A DNA stretch of 64,000 nucleotides from Raja brachyura (taxonomy: Eukaryota). Under the pieces are notes generated by a model, which saw only the letters and a program-made list of their open reading frames with translations, was not told the origin of the DNA and searched no databases. The stretch's first letter is position 1. Each line of letters begins with the position of its first letter. A program made the translations under genes and the position numbers. Positions 12,006 through 25,402 of the stretch are shown here, piece by piece. The stretch spans positions 5,952,001 through 6,016,000 of the forward strand of contig OY740807.1 of the NCBI GenBank assembly GCA_963514005.1, written 5' to 3'.

Positions 12006-14118
12006 GATACAGTGGAGATGGAGAGGATGTTTGCACATCCAGTGTGATAGTCTAGGACCAGGGGGCATAGCCACACAATAAAATAATGTACCTTTTAGAA
12101 AGGAGATGAGGACGTTCTTTACCAGAGGGTGGTGAATTTGTGGAATTCATTGCCACAGGCAACTGTGGAGGTCAGGTATTTTTAAAGCGGAGACTCACAG
12201 CATCCTGATTAGGAAGGATGTCAGGGGAGAAGGCAAGAGAGTGGGATTGAGAGGGAAAGATAGATCAGCCATTATCGAATGGTGGAGTAGATGGCCTGAT
12301 TTTACCCCTACAACTTGTGAACATTTTGGGTTGGGATCTTTCTTCAGACCCGAGTCTGAAGAAGGATTCTGACAAAAACATTGTCAATCCATGTTCTCCA
12401 GAGATGTTGCCCGACCTGCTGAGCTACTCCAGCATTCTGCATGTGTTTTAGATATATTGGATTGTCACCAGGCCTTTCCTTATGATATCAAGTTGCATCA
12501 GTGGTGGACACAAATATGACCATGAATTTTCAGGATGTGTACCACATAGATGATGTCTGAGGTGCATAACGAATCCTCCAAGTTTGCACACTGGCGGACA
12601 GAGGTACTAGTATAGTATAGAGCTACAGCATGGAAACAGGCCCTTCGCCGTGGGTTTTCTCCAAGATCTTTGGTTTCCTCCCACTCTCCAAAGACGTTCA
12701 GGTTTGTAGGTTAATTGGCTTGGTATAAATGTAAAAAAAATGTCCCTTGTGTGTGAAGGGTGGTGTTAATGTGCAGGGATCGCTGGTCCGTGCAGACTCG
12801 GTGGGCCGAAGGGCCTGTTTCAGCGCTGTATCTAAAGTAAACTAAATTCCAGATTAAAAGGTCCACTCCAAATCGTCTCCTTACCTGGCTATAGATGCCT
12901 TTGCTGAGGTGAAAAGCTCCTCATTACTTACTGTATCTATGCCTCACACACATCTGGATGGAGTTATAAAATGTATCTGCCCAGCATTCCAAATGTGACA
13001 TTCTTATCGGAATGGGATGAAGCATTCCACATGAAATCTAAGAATTGGCCTGCCAGTATCCCAGTGATTCATTTCAATGTCTTTGCCTTGTTGAAAAATA
13101 AGCTGCTGTTGATGTTAGATATTATTATCATGTCTATAAGCTCCAAACCTTTGTACATTGTCCAGAACTACGTATAGCATTTATTGAGCATCAAGTATTT
13201 ATTACACTGAAAAAATGCTCATTACTTTTTTAAACCTCAAAACAACATTTGCTTATGTAAGTGTCTTTTGTATCGATTTCTCTATTACGTTCAATAAGCA
13301 AACATAATTTTTAAAAAACTGCAGTTTTACCATGTTAACATGGAAGGTATATTTGTTTATAGTTCAGTTTAATTCATTGACATTTGTACCGAGGTACAAT
13401 GAAACATCTTTGTTGTGCGCTAACCAGTCAGCAGAAAGACAATACATGATTCCTATCAATGTATTTACAGTGTACAGATACATAGAGTCATAGAGTGATA
13501 CAGTGTGAAAACAAACCCTTCCGCCCAACTGGCCCATAGCAGACAACATGTCCCAGCTACACTAGTCCCACCTGCCTGCGCTTGGTCCATATCCCTCCAA
13601 ACTTGACCTATCCATGATAAGGGAATAATGCTTAGTGCAAGGTAAAGCCAGCAAAGTCCGATCAAGGATAGTCCTAGGGTCACCAATGAGGTCGATAGTA
13701 GTTATAGAAACAAAGCACTGCAGAGACTGGTTTCCTAAAGAAGATTCATAGTGCTGGAGTAACTCAGCCGGTTAGACAGCAACTCAGGAGAACATGGAGA
13801 GGCACTGAATAATGAAAGGATGTGGAGAGGGTGTTTACATTAGTGGGACAGTCTAGGACCAGGGGCCATAACCTCAGAGTAAAAGGACATACCTGTAGAA
13901 AGGAGATGAGGAAGAATTTCTTAGACAGAAGGTGTTCAATCTGTGGAATTCATTGCCACAGACAGCTGTGGAGGCCATCATTGGGTATTTTTAAAGCAGA
14001 GATTAACAGGGATTTGATTAGTAAGGGCAATGAACTCCCTCGTAAGGGAGTTCAGAAAGTGTTTTCGACCTTCAAGCTCGAGGGCACTCGCCTGGAAAAC
14101 CTCGAGCTGGATCGCCAA

Positions 14119-14119
<1 letters not shown>

Positions 14120-14185
<66 letters not shown>
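14120..14185. repeat. (CA)n microsatellite
   Basis: Uninterrupted CA repeat of about 33 units. Confidence 0.98.
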
Positions 14186-14186
<1 letters not shown>

Positions 14187-15414
14187 GTTTACAGATACAA
14201 TGTGGAAACGGGTCCTTCAGCCCACTGAGTCCATGCTGACCATCGATCACCTGTTCACACTAGTTCTATATTATCCTTCTGTCTCATTCACTCCCTACAC
14301 ACTGCCGGCAATTTAGCGTCTGATTAACATGCGTGCCGTTTTGATATGGTTAGAAACCAAGACCGGAAATGTAGCCTATCCACGTTCTCCAGAGATGCTG
14401 CCTGACCTGCTGAGTTAGTCAACACCACATGTCTATTTTTGGTGACCATCGATCATCCCTCACACTAGTTCCATGTTACCCCACTCACTCATTCACTCCC
14501 TACACTCGAGGGACAATTTGCAGAGGCCGATTTACCTCCAAATCTTTGGAATGTGAGAAGAAACCGGAGCACCCAGAGGAAACCCACGTGGTCCCAGGGA
14601 TAACGTGTGGGAGATTTGATGGCACATTGAATGTAAAGAAAGAAGTGTACTGATTGCCTTGCATTTCCTGTTTATATTTTCTATGAATAAAGTATATTCT
14701 GGAAATAGAATGTAAGAAATAGTTTAGTTTATACAGCGCAGAAACAGGTCCTTTGAGTCCGCGTCGACCAGCAATTCCCCACACACTAACCCTTACACTG
14801 GAGATAATTTACAATGATACCAAGCCAATTAACCTACAAACCTGTACGTCTTTGGGGAATAGAAGGAAACTGGAGCACCCGGAGAAAACCCACGCGGGCC
14901 ATGGGGAGCACATACAAACTCCATACAGACAGCACCTGTAATCATGATCGAACCCGGGGCTCTGGTGCTGTAAGACAGCAACTCTACCGCCCCCTAAGGG
15001 GTTGGGGGAGGCCATTTGGCCCTTCGATCCTGGTCCACCGTTCACTGATCATGACATGACACCCATGACAATTCTCCCCCCGCACAATCCCATCTAGTTT
15101 GATTGTCACACCTCCTCAAACCTACCCATTGACCACGGCCCCACACACAGACTCCAGGCCACCAGCCTCCAGGCTGTTACCAGTCCCATCACCCCTGGCA
15201 ATCTCCCCTCTCCTCCACCCCCCGCCCCCACCCCCCCTTCCCCTCTCAACTCCCCCTCCAGCCCCCTCCTTCCCTCCTCTTCCCAACCCCCATCCCCTCT
15301 GCTTCCCCTCTCCACCCCTCTCTCCTCCCCATCCCCTCTCCGCCCACACTGCCTGCACAGTGACAATCTCCAAACCAACCTTCCTTACCCCGGAAGCTAC
15401 CGCGTAGGATCCGA

Positions 15415-15430
15415 GAAATCGAAAGTGAAA
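15415..15430 (+). promoter_or_regulatory. Tandem ISRE / IRF-E in the promoter of the tapasin-like gene
   Basis: GAAATCGAAAGTGAAA is three GAAA cores at 6-nt spacing, ending about 60 bp before the ATG. An ETS-like CCGGAAG lies at about 15390-15396. Confidence 0.75.
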
Positions 15431-15492
15431 TGACTGGCGTTGTGCTACCACCGGCCCGCTCCACATCTATCTACTCGGCATCTTTGCTCGGC

Positions 15493-15526
15493 ATGTTCCC
15501 TCTGCTCCTTCACATTCTCCTCGCTG
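15493..15526 (+). CDS. TAPBPL: Tapasin-family protein exon 1 (signal peptide)
   Basis: ATG TTC CCT... encodes MFPLLLHILLA, then G|gtaag donor (phase 1). Hydrophobic leader directly downstream of the ISRE. Confidence 0.8.
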
Positions 15527-16338
15527 GTAAGACCACCCGGCGCTGTCAGGCGCTGCGGGCCTGTCCCACTTGCGTGTCCTTGGCACGCACAGTGTTGCTT
15601 GGAACCCGTGTCCGAAGAAGGCACTCGACCCGTCTCTCCATTCCTTCTCCCCAGGGATGCTGCCTGACCCGCCCAGTTACTCCAGCATTTTGCGTCTATC
15701 TTCGGCTTAAAGCGGCGCCTGCAGTTCTTTCCCACACAAACCATTCGCATTGGACCTCCAGCAAACCCTAATGCCCAGTTTAGTCGTTCTAAATCCAACC
15801 TCAGGCAGAGCCAGCAACAATATCCTAAAGCAGGGGCGTGAGTTGCTTCTTTGGGACCATAGAGCACACAACAGTACAGCACAGGAACAGGCCCTTCGGC
15901 CCACAATGTCTGTGCCTAACATGATGCCAAGACCAACTCTTCTCTGCCTGCATGCAATCCATATCCCTCCACTCCCTGCACATCCATGGGTCTGTCCAAA
16001 AGACCACCATCGTATCCGCCTCCACCACCAACTCCAGCAGCGCGTTCCGGGCACCCACCACCCTCTGTGTAAGACAAACCTGCCCCCCACATCTCCTAAC
16101 CCTTTCAGGTTGTTTGAGGAAGGGTCCCGACCCCGAAACGTCGCCTATTCTTTTTCTCCGCAGATGCTGCCTGACCCGCTGAGTTAGTCCAGCACTTTGT
16201 GTCTACATTCTCGTTTATAGACCGTATGGACATCTAGTTTATATGCATATATTCTCAATGAAGTGGCGCTGTTAAATGCGTTGTCCAAGCATTGTTACAA
16301 AAATGTTCCCTTTTGTTTTATACTTTTTACCTCTTCAG

Positions 16339-16518
16339 GGCCAGCGCTGGGCCACAATGGACACACTGATGCAAACAGAAAGTTGGAATGCACCTTTCGA
16401 GAAGAGAAGCAAAATGAAGGGGCTCATATGTTGGACCAGTTGACCATCTCGAGGAAGGCGTTTCTGCTCTTTGGTGGTATCGATTCCGATGAGAAAGCAA
16501 TTCATTTTAAAGTAAAAG
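16339..16518 (+). CDS. TAPBPL: Tapasin-family protein exon 2 (N-terminal domain)
   Basis: ctcttcag| acceptor and G|gtacg donor, phase 1-1. Encodes GPALGHNGHTDANRKLECTFREE...KAFLLFGGIDSDEKAIHFKVK. Confidence 0.8.
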
Positions 16519-17474
16519 GTACGCTGACACATCAAGTGAAGTCAGCAAGCAGGTTTTTTTTTTGGATAGACAACTTCTATTAGCTGCCTTATTGAGGCGG
16601 TACTTCCTGGAGATCTCTTCATAAGGTCATAAGTGATAGGAGTAGAGTTAGGCCATTCGGCCCATCAAGTCTGCTCCACCGTTAAAACCATGGCCGATCT
16701 ATCTCTCCCTCGTATCCCCATTCTCCTGCCTTCTCCCCATAACCTCTGACACTCGCACTAATCAAGAATCTATCCTTCTCTGCATTAAAAATATCCACTA
16801 ACTTGGTCTCCACAGCTGCCTGTGGCAAAGAATTCCACAGATTCACCACCCTTCGATGGCGAGGAGGTCGGTATCCGTGATGGACCAGGCATTGTCCACC
16901 ACTATCTGCAGCCTTTGTTCGTGAGCATTCGACTTCTCTATGATGCACGAGTAATATTTCTAAAGTGCTTTTATGGAGTCACACAGTGTGGAAACAGGCC
17001 CTTTGGCCCAACTCGCCCATGCCGACCCACGTGCCCCATCTACGGTAGTCCCTCCTACCTGCCTTTGGCTCATAACCCTCTAAACCAATCCTATCCATGT
17101 ACCTATCTAAATGTTTCTTCACCATTGTGATAGTCTGGTACCTCAACTACCTCCTCGTGAAGTGTATATGGGTGAATGTATCAAGTACATCATGGATAGG
17201 ACTGGTTTAGAGGGATATAGGGAGACACAAAATGCTGGAGTAACTCAGCGGGACAGGCAGCATCTCTGGAGAGAAGGAATGGGTGAGGTTTCGGGTCGAG
17301 ACCCTTCTGCAGACTGAGGGATATAGGCCATACGCAGGCAGGTGGGACGAGTGTAGATGGGACACGTTGGCCGGTGTGGGCAGATTGGGCCTGTTTCCAT
17401 GCGGTACAACTCGACGATGCTTGTGAATCATCACTCCGCCTAATAGAAATGCGATCTTTTCCTTTTCTTAACAG

Positions 17475-17765
17475 GCTCCTCTGTAGATATTTTCCAATAT
17501 GTGGACGGGAAACACGAGGAATTGGAGTGTGAAATCAGCCGGTATTCCACACACAACCACCATGTTGACTGGCCCCCCCGGGGTGAGGAAACCCCGGGGA
17601 GGCGATGGTTCACCATGACTCTGAAGCACAGACACGGCAAGTTCACCACAACCAGCTTCATGAGGGAACTAAAACTACCGGAGCACGAGGGCAAGGAGCG
17701 GATTGAAGCACCAACCGACGAGGACAATCCACCCATTGGTAACACGGACACCCTCATCATTCAAG
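17475..17765 (+). CDS. TAPBPL: Tapasin-family protein exon 3 (N-terminal domain)
   Basis: ttaacag| acceptor and G|gtaac donor. Encodes GSSVDIFQYVDGKHEELECEISRYSTH...RWFTMTLKH...; CEISRY is a tapasin/TAPBPR signature. Confidence 0.9.
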
Positions 17766-18182
17766 GTAACGCTTTCACACTCGAGGCGTCTAAAGAAGCC
17801 ACCGCAATCTTGCTCAAAATGACACAAGAAAGGACAGGTGTTTTTAAACCATGCATATTTTAGTTTTAACCAATAGTAAATCAAAACTGCACGGTGGCGC
17901 AGCGGTAGTGCTTCTGCCTTACAACGCCGGACACCCAGGTTCGATCCTGACTGCGGGTGCTGTCTGTACGGAGTTCGCACGTTCTCCCTGCGACTGCGTG
18001 GGTTTTCTCCGATGCTCCGGTTTCCTCCCACACTCCAAAGATGTGCTCTACCTACAAAGATTGTAGGTTAATTGGCTTCGGTAAAGAATTGTAGATACAT
18101 ACAGGAAGCAGCCAGAGTCATGATCGAACCTGTGTCTCTGGCGCTGTAAGGCAGCAGCTCTGCTGTTGTGCTGCCGTGCTAT

Positions 18183-20160
18183 AAACATAGAAAATAGGTG
18201 CAGGAGTAGGAGTAGGCCATTAGGCCCGTCGAGCCTGCACCGTCATTCAATATGACCATGGCTGATCATCCAACTCAGTATCCCGTACCTGCCTTCACTC
18301 CATACCCCCTGATCCCTTTAGCCACAAGGGCCACATCTAACTCCCTCTTAAATATAGCCAATGAACTGGCCTCAACTGCCCTCTGTGGCAGAGAATTCCA
18401 CAGATTCACCACTCTCTGTGTGGAAAATGATTTTCTCATCTCGGTCCTAAAAGATTTCCCCCTTATCCTTAAACTGTGACCCCTTGTCCTGGACTTCCCG
18501 AACATCTAGCCTGTCCAACCCCTTAAGAATTTTGTAAGTTTCTATAAGATCCCCCCCTCAATCTTCTAAATTTGAGCGAGTACAAGCCGAGTCTATCCAG
18601 TCTTTCTTCATATGGAAGTCCTGATATCCCAGGAATCAGTCTGGTGAACCTTCTCTGTACTCCCTCTATGGCAAGAATGTCTTTCCTCAGATTTGGAGAC
18701 CAAAACTGCACGCAATACTCCAGGTGTGGTCTCATCAAGACCCTGTACAACTGCAGTAGAACCTCCCTGCTCCTATACTCAAATCCTTTTGCTATGAATG
18801 CTAACATACCATTCACTTTCTTCACTGCCTGCTGCACCTGCATGCCTACTTTCAATGAGTGGTGTACCATGACACCCAGGTCTCGTTGCATCTCCCCATT
18901 TCCTAATCGGCCACCATTTAGATAATAGTCTGCTTTCCTGTTTTTGCCACCAAAGTGGATAACCTCACATTTATCCACATTATACTGCATCTGTCATGCA
19001 TTTGCCCACTCACCCAGTCTATCTAAGTCACCTTGCAGCCTCCTAGCATCCTCCTCACAGCTAACACTGCCCCCCAGTTTCGTGTCATCCACAAACTTGG
19101 AGATGTTGCATTCAATTCCCTCGTTCAGATCATTAATATATATTGTAAATAGCTGGGGTCCCAGCACTGAGCCTTGTGGCACCCCACTAGACACTGCCTG
19201 CCATCCTGAAAAGGACCCGTTCAATCCTACTCTTTGCTTCCTGTCTGCCAGCCAGTTCTCCATCCACATCAATACTGAACCGCCAATACCGTGTGCTTTA
19301 AGTTTGTATACTAATCTCTTGTGTGGGACCTTGTCGAAAGCCTTCTGAAAGTCCAGATATAACACATCCACTGGTTCTTCCTTATCCACTCTACTAGTTA
19401 CATCCTCAAAAAAGTCAATAAGATTCGTCAGACATGATTTACCTTTTGTAAATCCATGCTGACTTTGTCCAATGATTTCACCACTTTCCAAATGTGCTGC
19501 TATCCCATCTTTAATAACTGAATCTAGCAGTTTCCCCACTACCGATGTTAGACTAACTGGTCTGTAATTCCCCGTTTTCTCTCTCCATCCCTTGTTAAAA
19601 AGTGTGGTTACATTAGCTACCCTCCAATCCTCAGGAACTACTCCAGAATCTAAAGAGTTTTGAAAAATTATCACTAAGGCATCCACTATTTCTGGGGCTA
19701 TTCCTTAAGTACTCTGGGATGCAGCATATCTGGCCCTGGGGATTTATCGGCCTTTAATCCATTCAATTTACCTAATACCACTTCCCGGCTAACCTGGATT
19801 TCACTCAGTTCCTCCATCTCATTTGACCCCCGGTCCCCTACTATTTCCGGCAGATTATTTATGTCTTCCTTAATGAAGACAGAACCAAAGTAGTTATTCA
19901 ATTGGTCTGCCATGTCCTTGTTCCCCATGATCAATTCACCTGTTTCTGGCTGCATTTGGCCCTACATTTGTTTTAACTAATCTTTTTCTCTTCACATATC
20001 GATACAAACGTTTGCAGTCAATTTTTATGTTCCCTGCCAGTTTTCTTTCATAATCCATTTTCCCTTTCCTAATTAAGCCCTTTGTCCTCCTCTGTTGGAC
20101 TGAATTTCTCCCAGTCCTCTGGTTGGCTGCTTGCTCTGGCTAATTTTTACACGTCATCTT
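18183..20160 (-). mobile_element. CR1-clade LINE (HER1-like), 5'-truncated and degenerate ORF2
   Basis: Minus-strand ORFs carry RT motifs NYRPVSLTS, LDFQKAFDKVPH, SGVPQGSVLGP and KFVDDTKL, plus the 3' tail GYGVKAGTGY and tttctatg repeats. Confidence 0.93.
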
Positions 20161-21013
20161 TTGTTTTGATTCTGGCTATTTTGTACTTTGTAATTTGTAA
20201 TTAGTGGGGTTAGGTGTATTATTCTCATGTGTACCAAGGTGAAGTGAAAAACTTTGTTTTGCATGTTATTCAGTTAATTCACAACTACAAATCTAGTCAA
20301 ACTCAAGTAGACTAGGTGGAGCAAAGGGGACGATACAGAGTGCAGAATAAAGTTCTCAGCATTGTAGCGCACCAGTTCCAGAGACAAAGTCCAATGTCCG
20401 CAATGGGGTAGAGGTGAATTGGGCAGTACCCTAGCTGATGGAAGGACCGTTCTGAAGCCTGATAACAGAGGGGAAGAAGCTGCTCCTGAGTCTGGTGGTT
20501 ATTTTTCCCATGGGAGAATGACTTTGTAATTGTAAGTTTGAAATATTGGAGCCCTCAATGACACAATTGTTTTTATAATGCCAGTTCCCATAACCATTAT
20601 GAGGGGAAAACTAGAGGTATGAAAAGGTACAGAACAAATCAGAGCCGGCCCTGATGGTCCACGGCTGGCTGTGGAAGAAGTGATAACGAAGGGATACAGG
20701 GAAGCAAACAGTGGAACTAGCAGGATGGCTGCTGTGGGGGAGGGGCGGAGAGAGAGAGAGGGAGTGCAGGGGTTATTTGAAATTAGACATATCAATGTTC
20801 ATACCGCTCAGTTGTAAGCCGCCCAAGCGAAATATGAGGTGCTGCTCCTCCATTTTGTGTGTGTGGCCTCACTCTGACAGTGGAGGAGGCCCAGGACAGA
20901 AAGGTTCGTGTGGGAATGGGAGGGGGAGTTAAAATGTACTCCAGCTTTAGTGTCTCTCTTTGACATAAGCCAGCATCGGCAGTTCCTTCCGACACATTTT
21001 ACCTGCGCTCTTA

Positions 21014-21233
21014 AGGGCCTGTCCCACTTTCATGACCTAATTCACGACCTTTTTTACTCGTGGACATTTTTCATCATGTTGAAAAAACGCCCCGACCTAC
21101 TTGATGCCACGGGTACCTACGACTAGCATCATGACCTACCTACGACCTCCTACGACCTCGTGACCTGCGAGTATGAGTCAAGGGCAAACTCGGCAGAGGT
21201 CGTGAATTAGGTCGTGAAAGTGGGACAGGCCCT
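21014..21233. mobile_element. PIF/Harbinger-type MITE
   Basis: Long TIR beginning AGGGCCTGTCCCACTTTCA with TTA TSD. Confidence 0.82.
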
Positions 21234-21572
21234 TTAGATCCCTCTGATCTACAACACTGCCATTCACGGTATTGGTCCCGCCCCGGTTAGACTTTCCAAA
21301 ACGCACCACCTCGCACTTATCTGCATCAAACTCCATTAACCAATCCTCAGCTCGCCTACCCAACCGATCAAGATCCTGGTGTGTTATGCATAGTATTATC
21401 TGATCAGTTTGGATAGCATGCAAAACCAAGTTTGTCACTGTGGTATACGTGACAATAACAAATATAACGCTAAAACATAATATAATTTACCCACTTAGAA
21501 ATGCCGTAATATTTTTTGACCTCAGCAGGGAATAGCGGAGGAATGGTTTACAAACCCCCTTTTCCAACAATA

Positions 21573-21929
21573 CAGGACCATCGCCCGGTTCTCCGGCCCC
21601 CTTGGTTCCCGAGCCTTGCCGTACTATCCGTTTTGCCGGACCGTCAGAGGTCACGGCCCGCAAAGTCGGCCTCGGAAGTGGGACATGGGAACGGATCTGC
21701 CGGCTCTGGCCGGGCCGGAGTTCCAGAGCCCCGGCCGCAGGGGGCAAATCTGACCTGGCGATCGGCCGCGGAAGTCCCCCGATGAGATCGAGATCGGCTG
21801 CCTCACCCGGACTAGGGGCCACGCGCTCAGGGGGACTTGCGGGGGGAATGTCAACTGCGCTCTCGTGATTTTGTCCGGATTAAAGGAGGTGCTGGACCAC
21901 CAGTTGCCGGAAGATCGGGGATGGACCTG
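21573..21929. mobile_element. CpG-rich MITE, pogo/Tigger-like (further copies at 41038-41375 and about 49975-50362)
   Basis: Three diverged 340-390 bp copies with imperfect TIRs (ta|CAGGACCAT... / ...ATGGACCTG; ...GGCGGAGCTG|ta) and the shared subterminal motif ccggc(a)cccttggttc. Confidence 0.6.
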
Positions 21930-22294
21930 GATTACAAAAGAATTAAAGCCTAGACGGCAATAAATAGGTAGACTAAAATGGTACGCATCTGAGGTAAATA
22001 AATGTGTAGGAAGGAACTGCAGATGCTGGTTTAAATCGAAGATAGACACAAACAGCTGGAGTAACTCAGCGGGTCAGGCAGCAGCATCTCTGGAGAAAAG
22101 GAATAGGTGATGTTTTCGGTCGAGACCGTTCTTGCGATCCGGCTCTTATCCGAAATGACACCTCTTCCGTTTCTCCAGAGATGTTGTCTGGCCCGCTGAG
22201 GTACTCCAGCATTATGTGTCTTTCTAAGGTACTTAAAACGTGGGTGATATCATTAATAATCGATGTGATACTGTCGTTTCTTTTCTCTTGCTAG

Positions 22295-22633
22295 TGAACT
22301 ATATTATCCGCACACGAACTCCATTGGTCAGAAGCAAAATGAAGCAAGACGTGGTTCTGGACTGCGGCTACAAGATTGACCGCAGGATGGACTTTTACAT
22401 TGACTGGAGGTATCAGCACCGAGGGGTGAGGAAGAAACTGTTTGTCTACAACGGGAAGAACCAGCACACCGAACAGATCGAGAAGGGAGTTGGAGCATTC
22501 TTGGATCGGATCGGGGACGGGAACGCATCCATCCGCATTAACAACGTCGACATTAGCAGCGAAGGAACCTACACCTGCTTGGTGTATGTCCCTCCACTCT
22601 TTGGAACGCACACCATCAATCTGGAGATATGGG
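22295..22633 (+). CDS. TAPBPL: Tapasin-family protein exon 4 (IgV domain)
   Basis: ttgctag| acceptor and G|gtaag donor. Encodes IRTRTPLVRSKMKQDVVLDCGY...IDWRYQHRG...GNASIRI...EGTYTCLV (tapasin-like WRxQHRG and IgV C-W-C pattern). Confidence 0.93.
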
Positions 22634-23939
22634 GTAAGATGCCAATGTTGATGACACGACCAGCTTAGTTTAGCGATACCGCGCGGAAACAGGCCGTTCG
22701 GCCCACTAAATCCAGCAATCCCCGCACACTAACACTACCCTACACACTCTAGGGACAATTTACTCTTCTACCAAGCCAATTAACCTACAAACCTGTTGGT
22801 CTTTGGAGTGTGGGAGGAAACTGAAGATCTTGGAGAAAACCCTCACGGGGAGAAGGTACAAACACCGTGCAGACAGCACCCGTAGTCAGGATCGAACCCG
22901 TGTCTCTGGCGCTGTGAGGCAGCAACTCTACCGCTGCGCCACCGTGCCAGCCTTGAGTATTGAAGTTAGATTAATATTTTTGGGTGGTGGAGATATTAGC
23001 AGAAAATCAGGAGGAAATCTTCAGCTGGAGTAAGGCAGCGGGTCAGGCAGCATCACTGGAGAACATGGATGGGCGATTTTTTTGGTCATGTCCCTTCTTC
23101 AGACGAGTCCCATCCCTGAAGAAGGGACCCCGAACCATAATATCACCTATCCTTAAAGATAGATACAAAAAGCTGGAGTAACTCAGCGGGACAGGCAGCA
23201 TCTCTGGAGAAAAGTAATAGGTGATGTTTCGGGTTCAGACCCTTCTTCAGACTCTCGAACCAAAACGTCACATATTCCTTTTCTCCAGAGATGTTGCCTG
23301 TCCCGCTGAGTTGCTCCAGCTTTTTATGTCTCTCTTCGGTGTGAACCAGCATCTGCAGTTCCTTTGTTTAGGAAAAACGACTGGGCTTATATTCACTGGA
23401 ATTTAGAAGGATGAGAGGGTATCTTATAGAAACATATAAAATACTTAAGGGATTGGACAGGCTAGATCCAGGAAAAATGTTCCCGATGTTGGGGGAGTCC
23501 AGAACCAGGGGCCACAGTTTAAGAATAAGGGGTTGGCCATTTAGGACTGAGATCCGGAGAGTGGTGAATCTGTGAAATTCTCAGCCACAGACGGCAGTGA
23601 AGCCCAATTCCATGGATGTTTCCAAAAGAGAGTTAAATATAGCTCTTAGGGCTAATGGAATCAAGGGATATGGGGAGAAGGCAGGAACAGGGTACTGATT
23701 TTGGTTGATCAGCCATGATCATATTGAATGGCAGTGCTGGCTCATAGGGCCAAATGGCCTCCTCCTGCACCTATTGTCTATGTTTCTATGTCAGTCTTCG
23801 GAGTGGGATTAATTACTGTATGGCAAGTTCAGTGCCAGGGTGAAGTGCAGAGTTCTGTGGTTAAGATTAATGCAAATACTTGATAAAACATCTTCAATCT
23901 TCACCGAGCATTTAACATGGTTGAATCCCACATGGTTAT

Positions 23940-24408
23940 AACTCATGTCCCACCAGCATGCAACCTGCATGCGGCAAGCGCCACCAAACCAGAAGCGGGG
24001 GTCACACGGAGGTCGGGTGAGTGACGCGAAGTTGGAGCGAAGTCCGCAGTAAGTTTGCAAGGACGGAGGGACACAGAGGCACACACAGACAGGGTCACGG
24101 AGGCACATAGAGAGGGTCACGGAGGCACATAGAGAGGGACATGGAGGCACATAGAGAGGGCCACGGAGGCACGACGTCGAGGCGGTGCGTAATACGTTGA
24201 GGCGGCTGCGGGCCGACAGGCCGTTGCCGTGCGGAATTTTGAACACGGTCAGTTTTTCGGAGCCCCGCGCGATGTCGGGACCAGCTCCGCACAACTCTAT
24301 ACGGCTCCGGCGATCGAAGTGGGACCGGCCCCGCGAGGCCGGACGGCTCAAGCGACCACGTTAGGTCGCGCTCACCGCATGGACTCGCATGCTGGTGGGA
24401 CAGGCCCT
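23940..24408. mobile_element. PIF/Harbinger-type MITE (same subfamily as 7133-7707, opposite orientation)
   Basis: Internal sequence is closely similar to the reverse complement of 7133-7707; right TIR GTGGGACAGGCCCT followed by TTA. Confidence 0.8.
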
Positions 24409-24474
24409 TTACAGTAAATTAGCAAACTAAATATGCAGAGAATGGAGGGATATGGACCATGTGAGTTTTAATCC

Positions 24475-24630
24475 TATAAAATGTGTACGTTTTAAACCTA
24501 AAACGTTTCTATGCCTTAAAACCACGATGTTTGTACGTTTTAAAACTACACCATTTCTCTGTTTCAAACCGACAACGTTTCTGTTTTAAAACTATGAAGT
24601 TTCTATGTTTTAAAACTTTAAAAAACTTTG
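24475..24630. repeat. Degenerate AT-rich minisatellite with a unit of about 21 bp
   Basis: Recurrent gttttaaaac core at about 21-nt spacing. Confidence 0.7.
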
Positions 24631-25402
24631 ACGAAAGGCCTGTGTGGAGTGAATGTGGAGAGGATGTTTCCACTAGTGGGAGAGTCTGCGGCCAGAGTCT
24701 CAGAATAAACGGACGTACCATTAGAATGGCGATGAGAAGTAATTTCTTTAGTCAGAGGATGGTGAATCTGTGGAATTCCTTGCCACAGAAGGCTGTGGAG
24801 GCCAAGTCAGTGGATATTTTTAAGGCAGAGGTGGACAGATTCATGATTCTTTGGAGCGCAGAAGGTTAAGGGGGGACTTGATTGAGGTCTTTAAAATGAT
24901 GAAAGGGTTAGACAGAGTTGACGTGGATAAACGTCTCCCATTGAGGGTAGGGAAGATTCAAACAAGAGGGCATGACATGAGAATTAAGGGACAGAAGTTT
25001 AGGGGTAACATGAGGGGGAATTTCTTTTCTCAGAGAGTGGTGGCTTTGTGGAATGATCTTCCAGCAGAAGTGGTGGAGGCAGGATCGATTTTAACATTTA
25101 AAAGTAAGGTGGATAGGTATATGGACGGGAAGGGAATGGAGGGGTATGGTCTGAGTGCAGGTAGATGGGACTAGGGGAAAATAAATGGTCGGCACGGACT
25201 GGAAGGGCCGAGAAGGCCTGTTTCCGTGCTGTAATTGTTATATGGTCATATGGTTATGATTAGTACGGGTGTCAGGAAGGCAGGAGAATGGGGTTGAGGG
25301 AAAGATAGATCAGCCATGAATGAATGGGAATAGACTTGATGGGCCGAATGGCCTAATTCTGTGCCCAGCACATATGAACTTACAAAGTTTCAATTTAATT
25401 TA

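Noticed and set aside
18572-19348. Long plus-strand ORFs (also 33979-34374, 44410-44859, 10458-10829)
   Set aside because: These are antisense shadows of LINE ORF2 fragments.
24475-24630. GTTTTAAAAC repeats resembling a CRISPR array
   Set aside because: The period is about 21 bp and the intervening segments are related to each other rather than unique spacers; there are no cas genes and the context is vertebrate. It is a minisatellite.
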